A DNA stretch of 43,252 nt from Candidatus Omnitrophota bacterium (GCA_043797665.1 JAZDPL010000068.1:1-43252), one strand, 5' to 3'. Positions 1 to 11,252 are shown, counted from the stretch's first letter. Notes: generated from the letters alone by a model not told the origin. Numbers and translations are program-made.

Positions 1-2332
1 GCATACACAAGGAGCGGGCAAAAGTTATTCCATGGTGTTTTTTACCACCAAAGTACATCGCAAAATCGGCGGCAATTATACTTTCTTGATATGTACAGAT
101 CGAGATGATCTGGATACACAAATTTACAAAACCTTTGCCGGCTGCGGCGTGGCCGATAATGACAGAACACCTTGCCGACCGAGTAGTGGCAGACATTTAG
201 TCGAGCTTATGAGTCATCACAAGGCTTATGTATTTACCACCATTCAAAAATTCAATCAGGAAGTAGATCCGGATGAAGGCTATACCAAACGCAATGACAT
301 TATTGTGATTACCGATGAAGCGCATCGCACTCAATATGGCACGCTTGCCCTGAATATGCGTAATGCCCTGCCAAGAGCCAGCTTTATCGGGTTTACGGGT
401 ACACCGTTATTTAAAGATGATGAAATCACCGCGAAGGTTTTTGGTGATTATGTTTCCACGTATGATTTTAATCGGGCGGTAGAAGACAAAGTGACTGTGC
501 GGCTCTATTACGATTCGCGGGGTGATACTCTGGGTGTAGCCACCAATGATATCAATGAGCGGATTGCCGAAAAACTGGAAGAAATTGAGATTGATGATAT
601 TGATGTAAGTCAGCGACTGGAAAAAGAACTCAAGCGAGATTATCACATCATCACCGCGGAAAAACGGCTTAATCAAATTGCCAAAGATTTTGTCGAGCAC
701 TACGCCACCTCTTGGGAAGCCGGCAAGGCGATGTTTGTGTGCATCGATAAATTAACCTGTGTGCGGATGTATGAATTGATCAGGCAATACTGGGATCAGA
801 AAGCAGGGGAAATAGAAGAATCCTGGAAAATGGCCGCGGGAGAAGAAAAGGATTATCTTTCCAATCAGCTCATCTGGATGAAAGAGACAAGGATGGCGGT
901 AATTGTGAGTGAAGAGCAAGGCGAGGTTGAAAAGTTTAGAAAATGGGGTTTTGATATCACGCCCCATCGACGACTTATTAAGAATGGCTTTGAACTCTCC
1001 GACGGAACGCGAATTGATGTGGATTCTGCTTTTAAAAAAGAAGAACACCCATTTAGAATTGCGATAGTCTGCGCGATGTGGCTTACCGGATTTGATGTGC
1101 CGAGTCTGGCAAATCTGTATTTAGACAAACCTCTTAAAGCCCACACGCTGATGCAGGCGATTGCCCGTGCCAATCGAGTAAACGGCGATAAAAACAATGG
1201 TCTTATCGTTGATTATTGCGGTATCCTCAAGAATTTACGCAAAGCACTCGCTATCTTTACCGGCACAGGCGATACAGGCAGACCAGGCGGACTAGGGCCG
1301 GATGAACTGGATCCAACCAGAACCAAAGAGGAATTACTAGAAGACTTAAAACAAGCGATTGGCTTGGTAAGAGATTTTCTAAATGAACGAAAAGCATCGC
1401 TTGATGCAATAATCAACGCTAGCGGCTTTGAGAGAAACAAGGCGATTGTCGCGGCCAAAGAAGCGGTGAACGAAAACGATGAAACCAGAAAGAAGTTTGA
1501 GGTGATGTGCCGCGAAGTATTTATTAAATTCAAAGCGTGTCTAACAATTCCCGGCGTGAATGCCTATCGTAATCAATACGGAGCAATAAATATCATCTAC
1601 AAAAGTCTGCAAAAAGATCGTGACCAAGCAGATATCAGCGATATCATTAAACAACTGCATGAGGTTATTGATGAGGCGATTACCGTTACGTCCGACAGAG
1701 GTAAAGAACCTAACAAGCCGTATGATATCAGCAAGATTGATTTTAACCGGTTGCGGGCAGAATTTGAACATGCGAAAACTAAAAATACCGCCGTGCAAAG
1801 TCTTAAAAGCGTGATTGAGAAAAAACTGGAACGGCTCATTCAAAGGAATCCTCTCCGGACAGACTTCCAAGAACATTATGAAAAGATAATTGATGAGTAT
1901 AATAAAGAAAAAGACCGCCAAAACATTGAAGCCACCTTTGAGGCGTTATTGGAATTTGTACAAGATTTGGATGAGGAAGAAAGCCGAGCAGTACGAGAAG
2001 GACTGGATGAGGAGACGCTGGCTATATATGACCTTTTGGTAAAACCAGATTTGAAACCACAAGAAATCCAAAAGATAAAGAAGGTATCCAAAGAATTGCT
2101 GGAAACACTGAAAGAAAAATTGAAGGATTTGTATAAGTGGCAAGACAAGGAACCAACAAGAGATGAGATAAAAGTTTTAATTAGAAATTTTCTGTGGGAT
2201 GAAGCAACCGGCTTGCCCGTAGAATATTACACTCAGAACGATGTAGATAAAAAAACCGAGGCTGTTTTCTATCATGTCTATCGGGCATATCCAACGGTGC
2301 CATCGCCGTATTATGCAAGCGTGGGTAATTAA
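1..2332 (+). CDS. hsdR: Type I restriction enzyme R subunit, 5'-truncated by window edge
   Basis: The frame is open upstream of ATG 32 and reads HTQGAGKSYS (Walker A) from nt 2. Contains DEAH (ITDEAHRTQYG), GFTGTP, MWLTGFD, LYLDKPL and QAIARANR helicase motifs typical of HsdR. Confidence 0.95.
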   Translation, partial: HTQGAGKSYSMVFFTTKVHRKIGGNYTFLICTDRDDLDTQIYKTFAGCGVADNDRTPCRPSSGRHLVELMSHHKAYVFTTIQKFNQEVDPDEGYTKRNDIIVITDEAHRTQYGTLALNMRNALPRASFIGFTGTPLFKDDEITAKVFGDYVSTYDFNRAVEDKVTVRLYYDSRGDTLGVATNDINERIAEKLEEIEIDDIDVSQRLEKELKRDYHIITAEKRLNQIAKDFVEHYATSWEAGKAMFVCIDKLTCVRMYELIRQYWDQKAGEIEESWKMAAGEEKDYLSNQLIWMKETRMAVIVSEEQGEVEKFRKWGFDITPHRRLIKNGFELSDGTRIDVDSAFKKEEHPFRIAIVCAMWLTGFDVPSLANLYLDKPLKAHTLMQAIARANRVNGDKNNGLIVDYCGILKNLRKALAIFTGTGDTGRPGGLGPDELDPTRTKEELLEDLKQAIGLVRDFLNERKASLDAIINASGFERNKAIVAAKEAVNENDETRKKFEVMCREVFIKFKACLTIPGVNAYRNQYGAINIIYKSLQKDRDQADISDIIKQLHEVIDEAITVTSDRGKEPNKPYDISKIDFNRLRAEFEHAKTKNTAVQSLKSVIEKKLERLIQRNPLRTDFQEHYEKIIDEYNKEKDRQNIEATFEALLEFVQDLDEEESRAVREGLDEETLAIYDLLVKPDLKPQEIQKIKKVSKELLETLKEKLKDLYKWQDKEPTRDEIKVLIRNFLWDEATGLPVEYYTQNDVDKKTEAVFYHVYRAYPTVPSPYYASVGN

Positions 2333-2429
2333 TTTGAATTACATGAACAGTGGGTGTTTAGGAATTTTTCAAATCAAATTCGGAATGTGAATACAGAAAT
2401 AAAATCCGTTATTATTCCATGAGCGATAT

Positions 2430-5400
2430 TCAGTCCGTCGTAATTTCCGCAACGTGCTCCTGCCGATCGTCAACAAGGTGAATATTCCCGTCTTTTTGTT
2501 CGACCCCGTCAACCGTTATGTTTGTGACCAGGTTTCCGCTTCCGGTCTGCGCGATGGTAATGTGGTAAACGGTCTCCCGGTATCGGTAGTGTATCTTGAA
2601 TGACTTCCAGTGTTCCGGCAGGCAAGGGGCAAACCGCAGCATATTCCCTTCCCGCTGCAGTCCCATAAGCGATTCCAGGATAAGCCGGTACATCCAGCCG
2701 GCCGCGCCCGTGTACCAGGTCCATCCTCCCCGGCCGTTGAGAGGCGGAGAAGAATACACGTCGGCGGCAACGACGTACGGTTCCACTTTATACGTTTGAA
2801 TGGCTTCGGGGGTTTTACCGTGGACAATAGGGTTTATCATGGACAGCAGATCCCAGGCCCGCTGTTTTTCTCCCATATTCGCGAAGGCCGTGATTACCCA
2901 GATGGCGGCGTGCGTGTACTGGCCGCCGTTTTCTCTGACGCCGGGCAGATACCCTTTAATGTAGCCGGGTTTCATCGGAGAGGTGTTGAACGGCGGCGCA
3001 AGCAGCAGGATGAGACCTTCATCGCGCCGGACAAGGAATTGCTCCACGGCTTCCATGGCCGTCCGGGACCGCCGTGCATCTCCGGCGCCGGACAGGACCG
3101 ACCAGCTCTGAGAAATTGAATCTATCCGGCATTCATCGTTGACTGCGGAACCGAGCGGGTCCCCGTTATCGAAATAGGCCCGGCGGTACCATTGTCCGTC
3201 CCAGGCATGCCGGTCGATATTTTCGCCCAGCCGCGCCGCTTCATCGAGACAGCGCTGCGCGAATGCCGTATCACCGCGTTCACTCGCGAGCGCCGAGAAC
3301 TGCGTGAGCACGTTATAGAGGAAAAATCCCAGCCAGACGCTTTCCCCGTTCCCCTGTTCGCCGACCTGGTTCAGACTGTCGTTCCAGTCGCCTGACCCGA
3401 TGAGCGGCAGGCCGTGTTGTCCGTACTTTAAACCGTTCTCAATAGCTTTTACGCAGTGTTCGTACACCGTGCCGGTTTTGCCGGTGCGTTCGGGGAGGTC
3501 GTAGTAGTCGGTTTCATTCGTGTTCAGAGGCCGCCCCTGGAGGAAATGAACCGGTTCGTCCAGCACGCCGCGGTCTCCGGTTCTCTTCACATAGTAACCG
3601 GTGACGAAGGGCAGCCACAGATAGTCGTCCGATATTCGCGTGCGCACGCCGCGCCCGGTCGGCGGGTGCCACCAGTGCTGTACGTCTCCTTCCTGGAATT
3701 GCCGCGACGCGCACAGGAGGATGTGTTTCCGCGCCAGGTCGGGTTCCGCGTGAATGACCGCCATCACATCCTGGAGCTGGTCACGGAACCCGACAGCGCC
3801 CGAGGACTGATAGAACCCGCTCCGCGCCCATATCCGGCAGGCAATCGTCTGGTAGAGCAGCCAGCCGTTGACCAGAATATTGATTTCCTGGTCCGGTGTC
3901 TCTACGTTCACGGTGCCGAGCGCGTGATTCCAGTATTTCCATACCTGTTCCAGTGTCTGTTTGGCGGACTCCGGTTCCCGAAACCGCCGGACCAGACTGC
4001 GGGCTTCGTCGGCGTTCCTGCCCGCTCCGAGAATGAATACAACCTCTTGTTCTTCGCCTTCCTGCAGTTCAATCTGGACCTGCAGCGCGGCGCACGGATC
4101 AAAGCCGGCACCCGTCCTGCCGGAAAGCCGGGTCCGGTGCATCGCCGCAGGGTCGGCGAGACTGCCGTTCCGCCCGATAAATTCCGTCCGGTTGCCGGTC
4201 ACGTTTCGTTCCGCCCCGCTCACCTCAAAGAAAAAAACGCGGTCGGGAAAGTCTGTGTTAAACGGATTCCACGCAAAAAAAGCGCGGCTTTTCGGGTCGA
4301 TCCCGCTGACGATGTGCATCTGCGATTTCTCCCGGAATCGTCCCAGAGCCAGTTCCAGGTAGCCGGTCAGGGAAAGCCTCCGTTTGCGGTCGGATTCGTT
4401 CCGCACTTTCAGTAAAACGAATTTGACGGGGGCGTCGGTCGCGACATATGTCCACATTTCCGAACCGATGCCCTGGTCTGAGTACTCAAATACCGAATAC
4501 CCGAATCCGTGTCTGGTTACGTAGGGCATTTTCCCGCGGGCGGGCAGGGGCGTGGCCGACCAGAACCGGCCGGTTTCTTCGTCCCGGATGTAGAACGCCT
4601 CTCCTCCGCGGTCGGTCACCGGGTCATTGTACCAGGGTGTGAGACGGAATTCATGGGAATTTTCGCTCCAGGTGTACGCCGTCCCGCTTTCGGAAATGAC
4701 CGTGCCGAACGACGGATTTGCGAGCACGTTCACCCACGGAGCCGGGGTCCGGCGGGAAGGAGTCGTACAGATTACGTATTCACGGCCGTCGTGGGTAAAT
4801 CCGCCGATGCCGTTGTTGAAAATCAGGTCGCGCTCCGGCATTTTCTCTACACCCGGTAATTCCGTAGCGAAAAGATGGGCCGGCCTCAAGACAGGGATAT
4901 TTGGTTCCGGATATCCCGGGCGCTCCATCTGTTCCGTAAGGCTGCCGGTGTCGCTGATGACGATACGCGCAGCCGTTTGCATCAGAACCTTGTCTTCGTC
5001 CGATATCTGGTCGCTCCGCCTGATGAAAACACCTCCCGGGACGTCGACCAGGTGGGCCTTGGTGCCGGTGGTAACCAGTGCCAGAATCCGGTCGTGGAGT
5101 ATTTGCCGGTAGCCTGACTGGTCCTCGTTCCAGACGAGGAGATCAACCGACAGCCCTTTCATGCGCCAGTATGCATGGGCATCCAGCAGCTGTTTCGCCA
5201 GGCCGATTTTCGATTCGTCGCCTATCCGCAGGAGCACAATCGGCAGGTCGCCGGAGATGCCGTAGCCCCAGAGTCCGGATTGGCTGCGCCGGTTCTTGGC
5301 CAGCAGACCCGGGCCGGCCCTGCGGAAGATGGATGCATACAGGAGCGCACCGGCGAGCCGTCCGAACAACTGCGCGTCGGGTTCCGTAATGCCGAGTTGA

Positions 5401-8400
5401 TGCAGAACCACCTGGCTGTGAGTCCAGGCGAGAGCGAAGATGCGGTCCGCGAAATACTTGTCATGGTATTTCCCCGCCATGGCAAGCGCATCGTCATGCG
5501 TCTGCGCGATGCCGAAGATCAGGTCCACGGATGCGGTTTGTTCCGGTTCTATCGTGATAGTCGCGCGAATCGCCACGATCGGGTCCAGCACGGACCCTTC
5601 GCTGTCGGAAAGTTTCCCCCCGCCATGCATCGCTGCGGGGTCGCGGGGCGTTCTCCCCCTGCCGATGAACTTCGCCCGGTCGGTTTCGTAGGAGACGTCG
5701 CCGGGCGTCGCGTTGTGCACCGTTGCCAGATGCACCAGCCAGACGGGTGTTTCCTTATCCGAACTGGGCCTGCGCGTGCACAGAATCGCCTGCCGTGCCC
5801 GGACGAGTTCCGTCTCCAGGAAAAGTCCGTTGAAGAGGGGATGCGTTGCCTCGGCGTCCGGAAGCGCCAGTACGACCTCGGCGTAACTGGTCAGCTCAAT
5901 CGTCCGCCGTTTCCGTGTGCCGTTGGTTATGCTCACACGCCGGAGCTCGACATCGTCTTCGGGCGAGACCGCAATCTCCGTGTGCGAACGGAACGGACCG
6001 TCCTGGCGGCGGAACTCCGCCCGGGCCTGCGAAAAAATTGCCTCGTAGGCTTTCGACGTCCGGAGTACCGGCTGGGAGCTGACGGACCACGATTCCCCTG
6101 TGTCCGTGTCGCGGACATAACAGAACGTGCCCATACTGTCGCACGTCGCATCCTCCCTCCATCGCGTCACCGCGAGGTCCTTCCATCTGCTGTAACCGCC
6201 GCCGGCGTTGGTGATCATCACGTGATACCGGCCGTTCGACAGCAGATGCACTTCGGGGGCCGGCGTATCCGGGTTGGTGAAAACCCGCATGAGCGCGTTA
6301 TGCTCCCCGGGTTCCCGCCGGATTTCCAGCTCGTCCGACATACTCGGAAAGAACGGCTTGACATCGGGAACCTTTTCTTGCAGGAGTAGTTCCGCCGCTT
6401 TGAACGCCGCGTCCCGTTCAAAGCGTCTCTGCATCGGACGATTCAGCAGGGTATGGGCGGCTGCAAGCAGAACCATGCCCTGATGGTGGACCATAAAGGA
6501 GCGCACCACGGCCTTTGATTCTCCGCGCGCCAGTCGCGCCCTGGTATAGTCAACCGCTTCGTAGAGACCGTACTTTCCTGCGCTTCCCTCTCTGGCCAAT
6601 CGCTCCAGGTTCTGACAGGCGTCTTCCGGTTCCACCATGAGTGCCAGCGCCGATGCGTACGGAGCGACGACCAGGTTTTCCGCCAGGCCCCGCTTGAAAC
6701 CGAGACCGGGCACGCCGAAAGCGGCATAAAGGTAATTTTTGTTTGCGTCTATTGAATTGTATCCGGATTCGGAGAACCCCCAGGGGACCCGGTGGTCCGA
6801 CCCGTGCTTGATCTGCCATTTAACGACCGTCCGGTACGTCTGGCTCAGAAGAGTGTTTTCATAGTTCGGCGTCACCAGAAGCGGCATGAGGTATTCGAAG
6901 AGCGACCCGCTCCACGAGAGTAAAACCGGCTCTCCGCCGAAGGCCGTCACCAGCCGGCCGAGAGAAAACCAGTGTTTCAGCGGCAGACGGCCCTGAGAAA
7001 TCAGCACGAAGCTGGCCAGCCGAGATTCCGAGGCGAGCAGGTCGTAATGAGACTCGTCACGCCGGTGTTCCCCGACGTTGAATCCGACGGCAAGAAGATG
7101 TCGCGATTTGTTGTACAGGAAGTCGCATTCCATGTCGGCGAACATCGCACACTGCCGAGCGAGAGCTTCAATGGCGGCCATGCGTTCCTGCGCGCGGGCG
7201 ACCGCATCGTTCATCGCCTGACGCAAATGCAGGAGCCGGTTTTCATCGGTGCGCACCGCATCCCGGGTGTCCGGAATCCGATCAACCAGCGACAGCACCG
7301 CCGAGCCCGTGCGCACAATGTCGCGGAGCGTCGGGATGTTTTCAAACCGTACCAGAAAGGACTGCAATTCTTCTCCGGCTTCCTGTGTCAGACCGTCCAG
7401 AGTGTGTTCCGGAACCGGAAGCATCCCCGTCCACGGAGCGAGAGACGCAATCTCTCCGAGAAAATTCGCACAAAGGTCTTCGGCGGCGCGTGCCCACAAG
7501 AGGGCCTCACTGCCGTCCGGTGGGCGGAGTATGCCGACCGCGTTACTTAACTCTGCCGTAATCCGGGAAAGCAGATCCCTGGTTCCTCCGAGCGCCCGGG
7601 GAGGTTTTCCCATCCCGTTCCGGAGTTCTTCGACCATCTGCCGTACCATATCGGGGGCGGAGTTCGCGGCCCGGTCCCCGGCAGGAGCAGTTTTATTGTT
7701 CGGCAACCCCTTAGCCGCCTCGAGAAATAAATCCAGGGCGTCGGTGAGCCCGTCGAACATCCGGGCAGGCAGAATGTCCTGGTCGAGCAGTTCCAGAAGG
7801 CCCTGGCGCAGGATCAGAAGAAAGCACTGCAGGTTTCCGCTGTCGACCGTGGAAACATACATCGGGGGCAGAGGTTTCAATGTCCGGGTATCGTACCAGT
7901 TGTAGAAATGGCCGTGGAACCGGTCCATCCGCTTCATCACGTCCAGCGTCTTCCCGGTCCGTTCAAGCAGTCCGCCGACCGAAAGGTATCCGAAATCGTA
8001 CGCCGCCAGATTCGCCGCGAGCGAAAACCCGATATTGGTCGGCGAAGTCCTGGGTGCAGCCCTGGCAACCGGCTGTTCCTGGTAATTGTCCGGAGGGAGC
8101 CAGTTGGATTCGGGTCCCTGGAACGTTTCAAAAAAAAGCCACGTTTTCCGGGCGAGTCTCCGCAGGAACGCCGTATGGCGATGCGACAGGACCGTCTCGC
8201 GCCGGACGCGCGGCAGACTGATCCACCAGGCGAGCGACGGACAGAAGAACCAGGGGATTAGGACCACCAGAGGCATCAGGTGAATTCCGGAGATGAAACC
8301 GGCGAGGTAGACGGTAACGCAAAATGCGGTGAGAGGCGCAATCCACATCGCTTTCCAGAAGGAACTATGATTCGGGATGACCTTTCGTTCCGCGTCGCTG

Positions 8401-11189
8401 GCCGCCGTCCACTGCAACAAAGACCGGTGCGTAAACAGCAATCTTCCGATCGTCCGCAGGATAGCATCCAGACCGACGTATGTCTCGTACGGCAGAAAAA
8501 TCAGGGTGAATACCGTCTGGACCAGGTACCTGCCTACGGAACGAGATGTTTCGCGCAGACGGAACCGGAGCGTCAACCCCCGTGCTTTCCGGATGAGGTC
8601 CAGGATTGCCGAAAGGAGCGACGGACCCAGAATAATGCCGGTCCCCACGGCGGTCCAGAGCCATGCCGGCCCCGTTGCGATCCATCCCAGAAGCATCATC
8701 AGTGTCAAAGCGGACGGCACAAGACTTCGGCGGAGGTTGTCAAAAATCTTCCAGCGCGAGAGCGCGGAGAGGGGATTTTTGAGCCGGGAACCTTTCGGAC
8801 CCGGGACACGTGGAAACAGCCACGCGGCGATCTGCCAGTCGCCCCGGGTCCACCGGTGCTTACGGTTTACGTCTGCCCTGTACGTGGATGGGAAGTCCTC
8901 GTAGATCAGGACGTCGCTCACCAGCGCCGTTCGCGCATAGCATCCTTCCAGGAGGTCGTGGCTGAGGATTCTGTTTTCCGGGAATACTCCTTCCAGTATC
9001 CGGGTGAACGTGTCGACATCGTACAGACCCTTTCCGATGAATGAGCCCTCGTGGAACAGGTCCTGGTACACGTCCGAAATCGTGCGCGTGTACGGATCGA
9101 ATCTCGGGTCCCCGGAAAAGACCTGCGCGAACCGGGAACGGTTTGCGCTCAGGAGGCCGACTCCGACGCGCGGTTGAAGAATGCCGTATCCCTCACAAAC
9201 ACGCTGTTTCCGTTCGTCATACTGCGGACGGTTCAGCGGATGTTCGATGACCGACACCAGCTGACGAGCCGAGCCGTGAGGCAGCTGCGTATCCGCATCC
9301 AGCACAATCACGTATTTTACCTTCTGAAGCACCAATACGTCGCCCAGGACCACGGAAAACCGGTCTTTCGCGCCTCCCCGGAGAAAAGCGTTGAGGTCCG
9401 CAAGTTTCCCGCGCTTGCGCTCATAACCCATCCAGACCTGTTCTTGCGGGTTCAGTCGCCGCGGACGATGGAACAGGAAAAATATATCCGTCCTTTCGTA
9501 TCCGTACTTGTTATTCAGTGCCTGTATCCCGTCCCGGGCAACTGCCAGCAGCGCATCGTCATCCGGCATCGATTCCCGGGGCGCGTCGCAGAAATCCGTG
9601 AGCAGAGCGAAATGCAGGTGTGCGTCACGGTTCCCCAGGTAGCGGATTTCCAGTTGACGCAGCAGGTTTCTGATACCTTGCCGGCTGACGAGCAACGTCG
9701 GGACAATCACGAGCGTGCGGGCGTTCGGCGGGATGCCGTCGGGAAAATCCATTCTGGGCAGATACCGCGGCCGCACCGCCATCATGACTACCCGGTTGAC
9801 CAGCTCAACCGCAAGCTGGCTGACCGCCAGAAAAACAAACAGGCAGAGGGCAACAAACGCCGGCACGGACATCCGGTATTGAAAGCACGGGATAAGCAGT
9901 TCGGCCGTACCCAGAACGGTGAGAAAGAATATCGTACCAAGATAGAGCACCAGAGAACAATTCCGGCACGCATCCCGGCAGGCTTTCTCGAGCCTTCGGA
10001 AGAAAGGCAGGCGCACCCCGGCCGCCTGCTCCAGATCAGGCCGGCCCTTGTCCACCAGGTAGTATCCCACGTGGGACACCTGTCTGTTCTGCTCTTTGCC
10101 GGCCGTCTTTTTTCGCGTCAGCCGCACCGCCGTTTGTGCAGCCTCAATTTCGGTCAGGTCGCTTTGTCTGGCGATGTCTTCTATGACGTGCCGGTACTGG
10201 TCACGCGAGGCAAAATCCATGTGAGCGTATGTGTCGGAAGAGTCCTCGCGCAGGGTTTGCTCCACGATGCTCACGGCCTCGATGAATTCGTGCCAATCCG
10301 TATCGTCCACAAAACGCATGCTGTTGATGCTGTTCGCGACGGATACCTGGTCGGCGGCCTGCTGGCGGTTTTCTTCCTGGACGGCCTGTTCAATCGTAAG
10401 CCCTTTTTCATCAAGGCGCTGCTCAATCCACGCGATCGTGAAAGCGAGGGCCGGACTCTGTCCCTGCAGGCGGCGAGCGAACTCCGCAACGAACGGGGTT
10501 TGCATGAGTTTCTCCGTGCGCGCCAGGTCGGCCATTAGAAGAATAAGGTCGCCCGGTTGCCGTTCCGCTGTTTCCAGCAGTCTGTCCGCCCAGTCGTTGG
10601 CCCTGTTCCGCTCACTCCTGTTTAAGATGATGCGCGCCACGATGCGCCGCAAATTCTCGATCAGCGCAAGCCGCAGCATGATCGGGGTCGCCCACAGTTC
10701 ACCCATGTTCAACGGGGTCACCGCTTGATATCCTTTTATGAAACCGATGAAACTTCTTGTATCCACACGTCCATCAACGTGGGAGATGAGGTCAAGAACG
10801 ATGTCATATACACGCGGGTAGCCGGCCATCGGTCCCGGGAACAGCCGCGGAAGTTCCCGACTGTAGCCTCTCGGCAGGTGCTGGCGCGCGGTGCGGATAT
10901 GTTCTTTGATCAGGTAGAAATTGTCCAGGAACCACTCGTCGGCGGGAGAAATCTCCTTTTCCTGCGCGGCCGCCTCCGCTATAAGCCGGTGGGCTGCCCG
11001 CAGGACACGTTCGTTTCCGGAAAGACGCTCCAGAAGCCGGTCGCGGCCGCGTTCCGGACCGATCCGGTGCTTTCCTGCGAGTTCGGCGGCGTGCTGTTCC
11101 AGTTGTTCAACGCTGAGCAATTCCGCCCGCAGGGGCTGTTCTCCGCCGCTATCCCGGAGCGGTTTATATCTTTCCTTTCCCAGTTTCAA
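2430..11189 (-). CDS. ndvB: Cyclic beta-1,2-glucan synthase (Cgs/NdvB/ChvB): GT84 region, TM segments, cyclising domain, C-terminal GH94 phosphorylase-like region
   Basis: 2919 aa. Motifs: WFLDNFYLI, GYERKRGKL, LDADT, FIGKGLYDVD, LSHDLLEG, RWTRGDWQ, PPDNYQE, RTSPTNIG, YDLLASESRL, GFRDQLQD, GSGDWND, ENGGQYTHAA, GRGGWTWYTG. AGGAG lies 9 nt before the TTG start. Confidence 0.95.
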   Translation of the reverse strand: MKLGKERYKPLRDSGGEQPLRAELLSVEQLEQHAAELAGKHRIGPERGRDRLLERLSGNERVLRAAHRLIAEAAAQEKEISPADEWFLDNFYLIKEHIRTARQHLPRGYSRELPRLFPGPMAGYPRVYDIVLDLISHVDGRVDTRSFIGFIKGYQAVTPLNMGELWATPIMLRLALIENLRRIVARIILNRSERNRANDWADRLLETAERQPGDLILLMADLARTEKLMQTPFVAEFARRLQGQSPALAFTIAWIEQRLDEKGLTIEQAVQEENRQQAADQVSVANSINSMRFVDDTDWHEFIEAVSIVEQTLREDSSDTYAHMDFASRDQYRHVIEDIARQSDLTEIEAAQTAVRLTRKKTAGKEQNRQVSHVGYYLVDKGRPDLEQAAGVRLPFFRRLEKACRDACRNCSLVLYLGTIFFLTVLGTAELLIPCFQYRMSVPAFVALCLFVFLAVSQLAVELVNRVVMMAVRPRYLPRMDFPDGIPPNARTLVIVPTLLVSRQGIRNLLRQLEIRYLGNRDAHLHFALLTDFCDAPRESMPDDDALLAVARDGIQALNNKYGYERTDIFFLFHRPRRLNPQEQVWMGYERKRGKLADLNAFLRGGAKDRFSVVLGDVLVLQKVKYVIVLDADTQLPHGSARQLVSVIEHPLNRPQYDERKQRVCEGYGILQPRVGVGLLSANRSRFAQVFSGDPRFDPYTRTISDVYQDLFHEGSFIGKGLYDVDTFTRILEGVFPENRILSHDLLEGCYARTALVSDVLIYEDFPSTYRADVNRKHRWTRGDWQIAAWLFPRVPGPKGSRLKNPLSALSRWKIFDNLRRSLVPSALTLMMLLGWIATGPAWLWTAVGTGIILGPSLLSAILDLIRKARGLTLRFRLRETSRSVGRYLVQTVFTLIFLPYETYVGLDAILRTIGRLLFTHRSLLQWTAASDAERKVIPNHSSFWKAMWIAPLTAFCVTVYLAGFISGIHLMPLVVLIPWFFCPSLAWWISLPRVRRETVLSHRHTAFLRRLARKTWLFFETFQGPESNWLPPDNYQEQPVARAAPRTSPTNIGFSLAANLAAYDFGYLSVGGLLERTGKTLDVMKRMDRFHGHFYNWYDTRTLKPLPPMYVSTVDSGNLQCFLLILRQGLLELLDQDILPARMFDGLTDALDLFLEAAKGLPNNKTAPAGDRAANSAPDMVRQMVEELRNGMGKPPRALGGTRDLLSRITAELSNAVGILRPPDGSEALLWARAAEDLCANFLGEIASLAPWTGMLPVPEHTLDGLTQEAGEELQSFLVRFENIPTLRDIVRTGSAVLSLVDRIPDTRDAVRTDENRLLHLRQAMNDAVARAQERMAAIEALARQCAMFADMECDFLYNKSRHLLAVGFNVGEHRRDESHYDLLASESRLASFVLISQGRLPLKHWFSLGRLVTAFGGEPVLLSWSGSLFEYLMPLLVTPNYENTLLSQTYRTVVKWQIKHGSDHRVPWGFSESGYNSIDANKNYLYAAFGVPGLGFKRGLAENLVVAPYASALALMVEPEDACQNLERLAREGSAGKYGLYEAVDYTRARLARGESKAVVRSFMVHHQGMVLLAAAHTLLNRPMQRRFERDAAFKAAELLLQEKVPDVKPFFPSMSDELEIRREPGEHNALMRVFTNPDTPAPEVHLLSNGRYHVMITNAGGGYSRWKDLAVTRWREDATCDSMGTFCYVRDTDTGESWSVSSQPVLRTSKAYEAIFSQARAEFRRQDGPFRSHTEIAVSPEDDVELRRVSITNGTRKRRTIELTSYAEVVLALPDAEATHPLFNGLFLETELVRARQAILCTRRPSSDKETPVWLVHLATVHNATPGDVSYETDRAKFIGRGRTPRDPAAMHGGGKLSDSEGSVLDPIVAIRATITIEPEQTASVDLIFGIAQTHDDALAMAGKYHDKYFADRIFALAWTHSQVVLHQLGITEPDAQLFGRLAGALLYASIFRRAGPGLLAKNRRSQSGLWGYGISGDLPIVLLRIGDESKIGLAKQLLDAHAYWRMKGLSVDLLVWNEDQSGYRQILHDRILALVTTGTKAHLVDVPGGVFIRRSDQISDEDKVLMQTAARIVISDTGSLTEQMERPGYPEPNIPVLRPAHLFATELPGVEKMPERDLIFNNGIGGFTHDGREYVICTTPSRRTPAPWVNVLANPSFGTVISESGTAYTWSENSHEFRLTPWYNDPVTDRGGEAFYIRDEETGRFWSATPLPARGKMPYVTRHGFGYSVFEYSDQGIGSEMWTYVATDAPVKFVLLKVRNESDRKRRLSLTGYLELALGRFREKSQMHIVSGIDPKSRAFFAWNPFNTDFPDRVFFFEVSGAERNVTGNRTEFIGRNGSLADPAAMHRTRLSGRTGAGFDPCAALQVQIELQEGEEQEVVFILGAGRNADEARSLVRRFREPESAKQTLEQVWKYWNHALGTVNVETPDQEINILVNGWLLYQTIACRIWARSGFYQSSGAVGFRDQLQDVMAVIHAEPDLARKHILLCASRQFQEGDVQHWWHPPTGRGVRTRISDDYLWLPFVTGYYVKRTGDRGVLDEPVHFLQGRPLNTNETDYYDLPERTGKTGTVYEHCVKAIENGLKYGQHGLPLIGSGDWNDSLNQVGEQGNGESVWLGFFLYNVLTQFSALASERGDTAFAQRCLDEAARLGENIDRHAWDGQWYRRAYFDNGDPLGSAVNDECRIDSISQSWSVLSGAGDARRSRTAMEAVEQFLVRRDEGLILLLAPPFNTSPMKPGYIKGYLPGVRENGGQYTHAAIWVITAFANMGEKQRAWDLLSMINPIVHGKTPEAIQTYKVEPYVVAADVYSSPPLNGRGGWTWYTGAAGWMYRLILESLMGLQREGNMLRFAPCLPEHWKSFKIHYRYRETVYHITIAQTGSGNLVTNITVDGVEQKDGNIHLVDDRQEHVAEITTD

Positions 11190-11252
11190 CCGGCATCACT
11201 CCTTTCCTTCGTATCACCCGAAACCCAGCGAAAGCATACTGCGCCTTACTTT

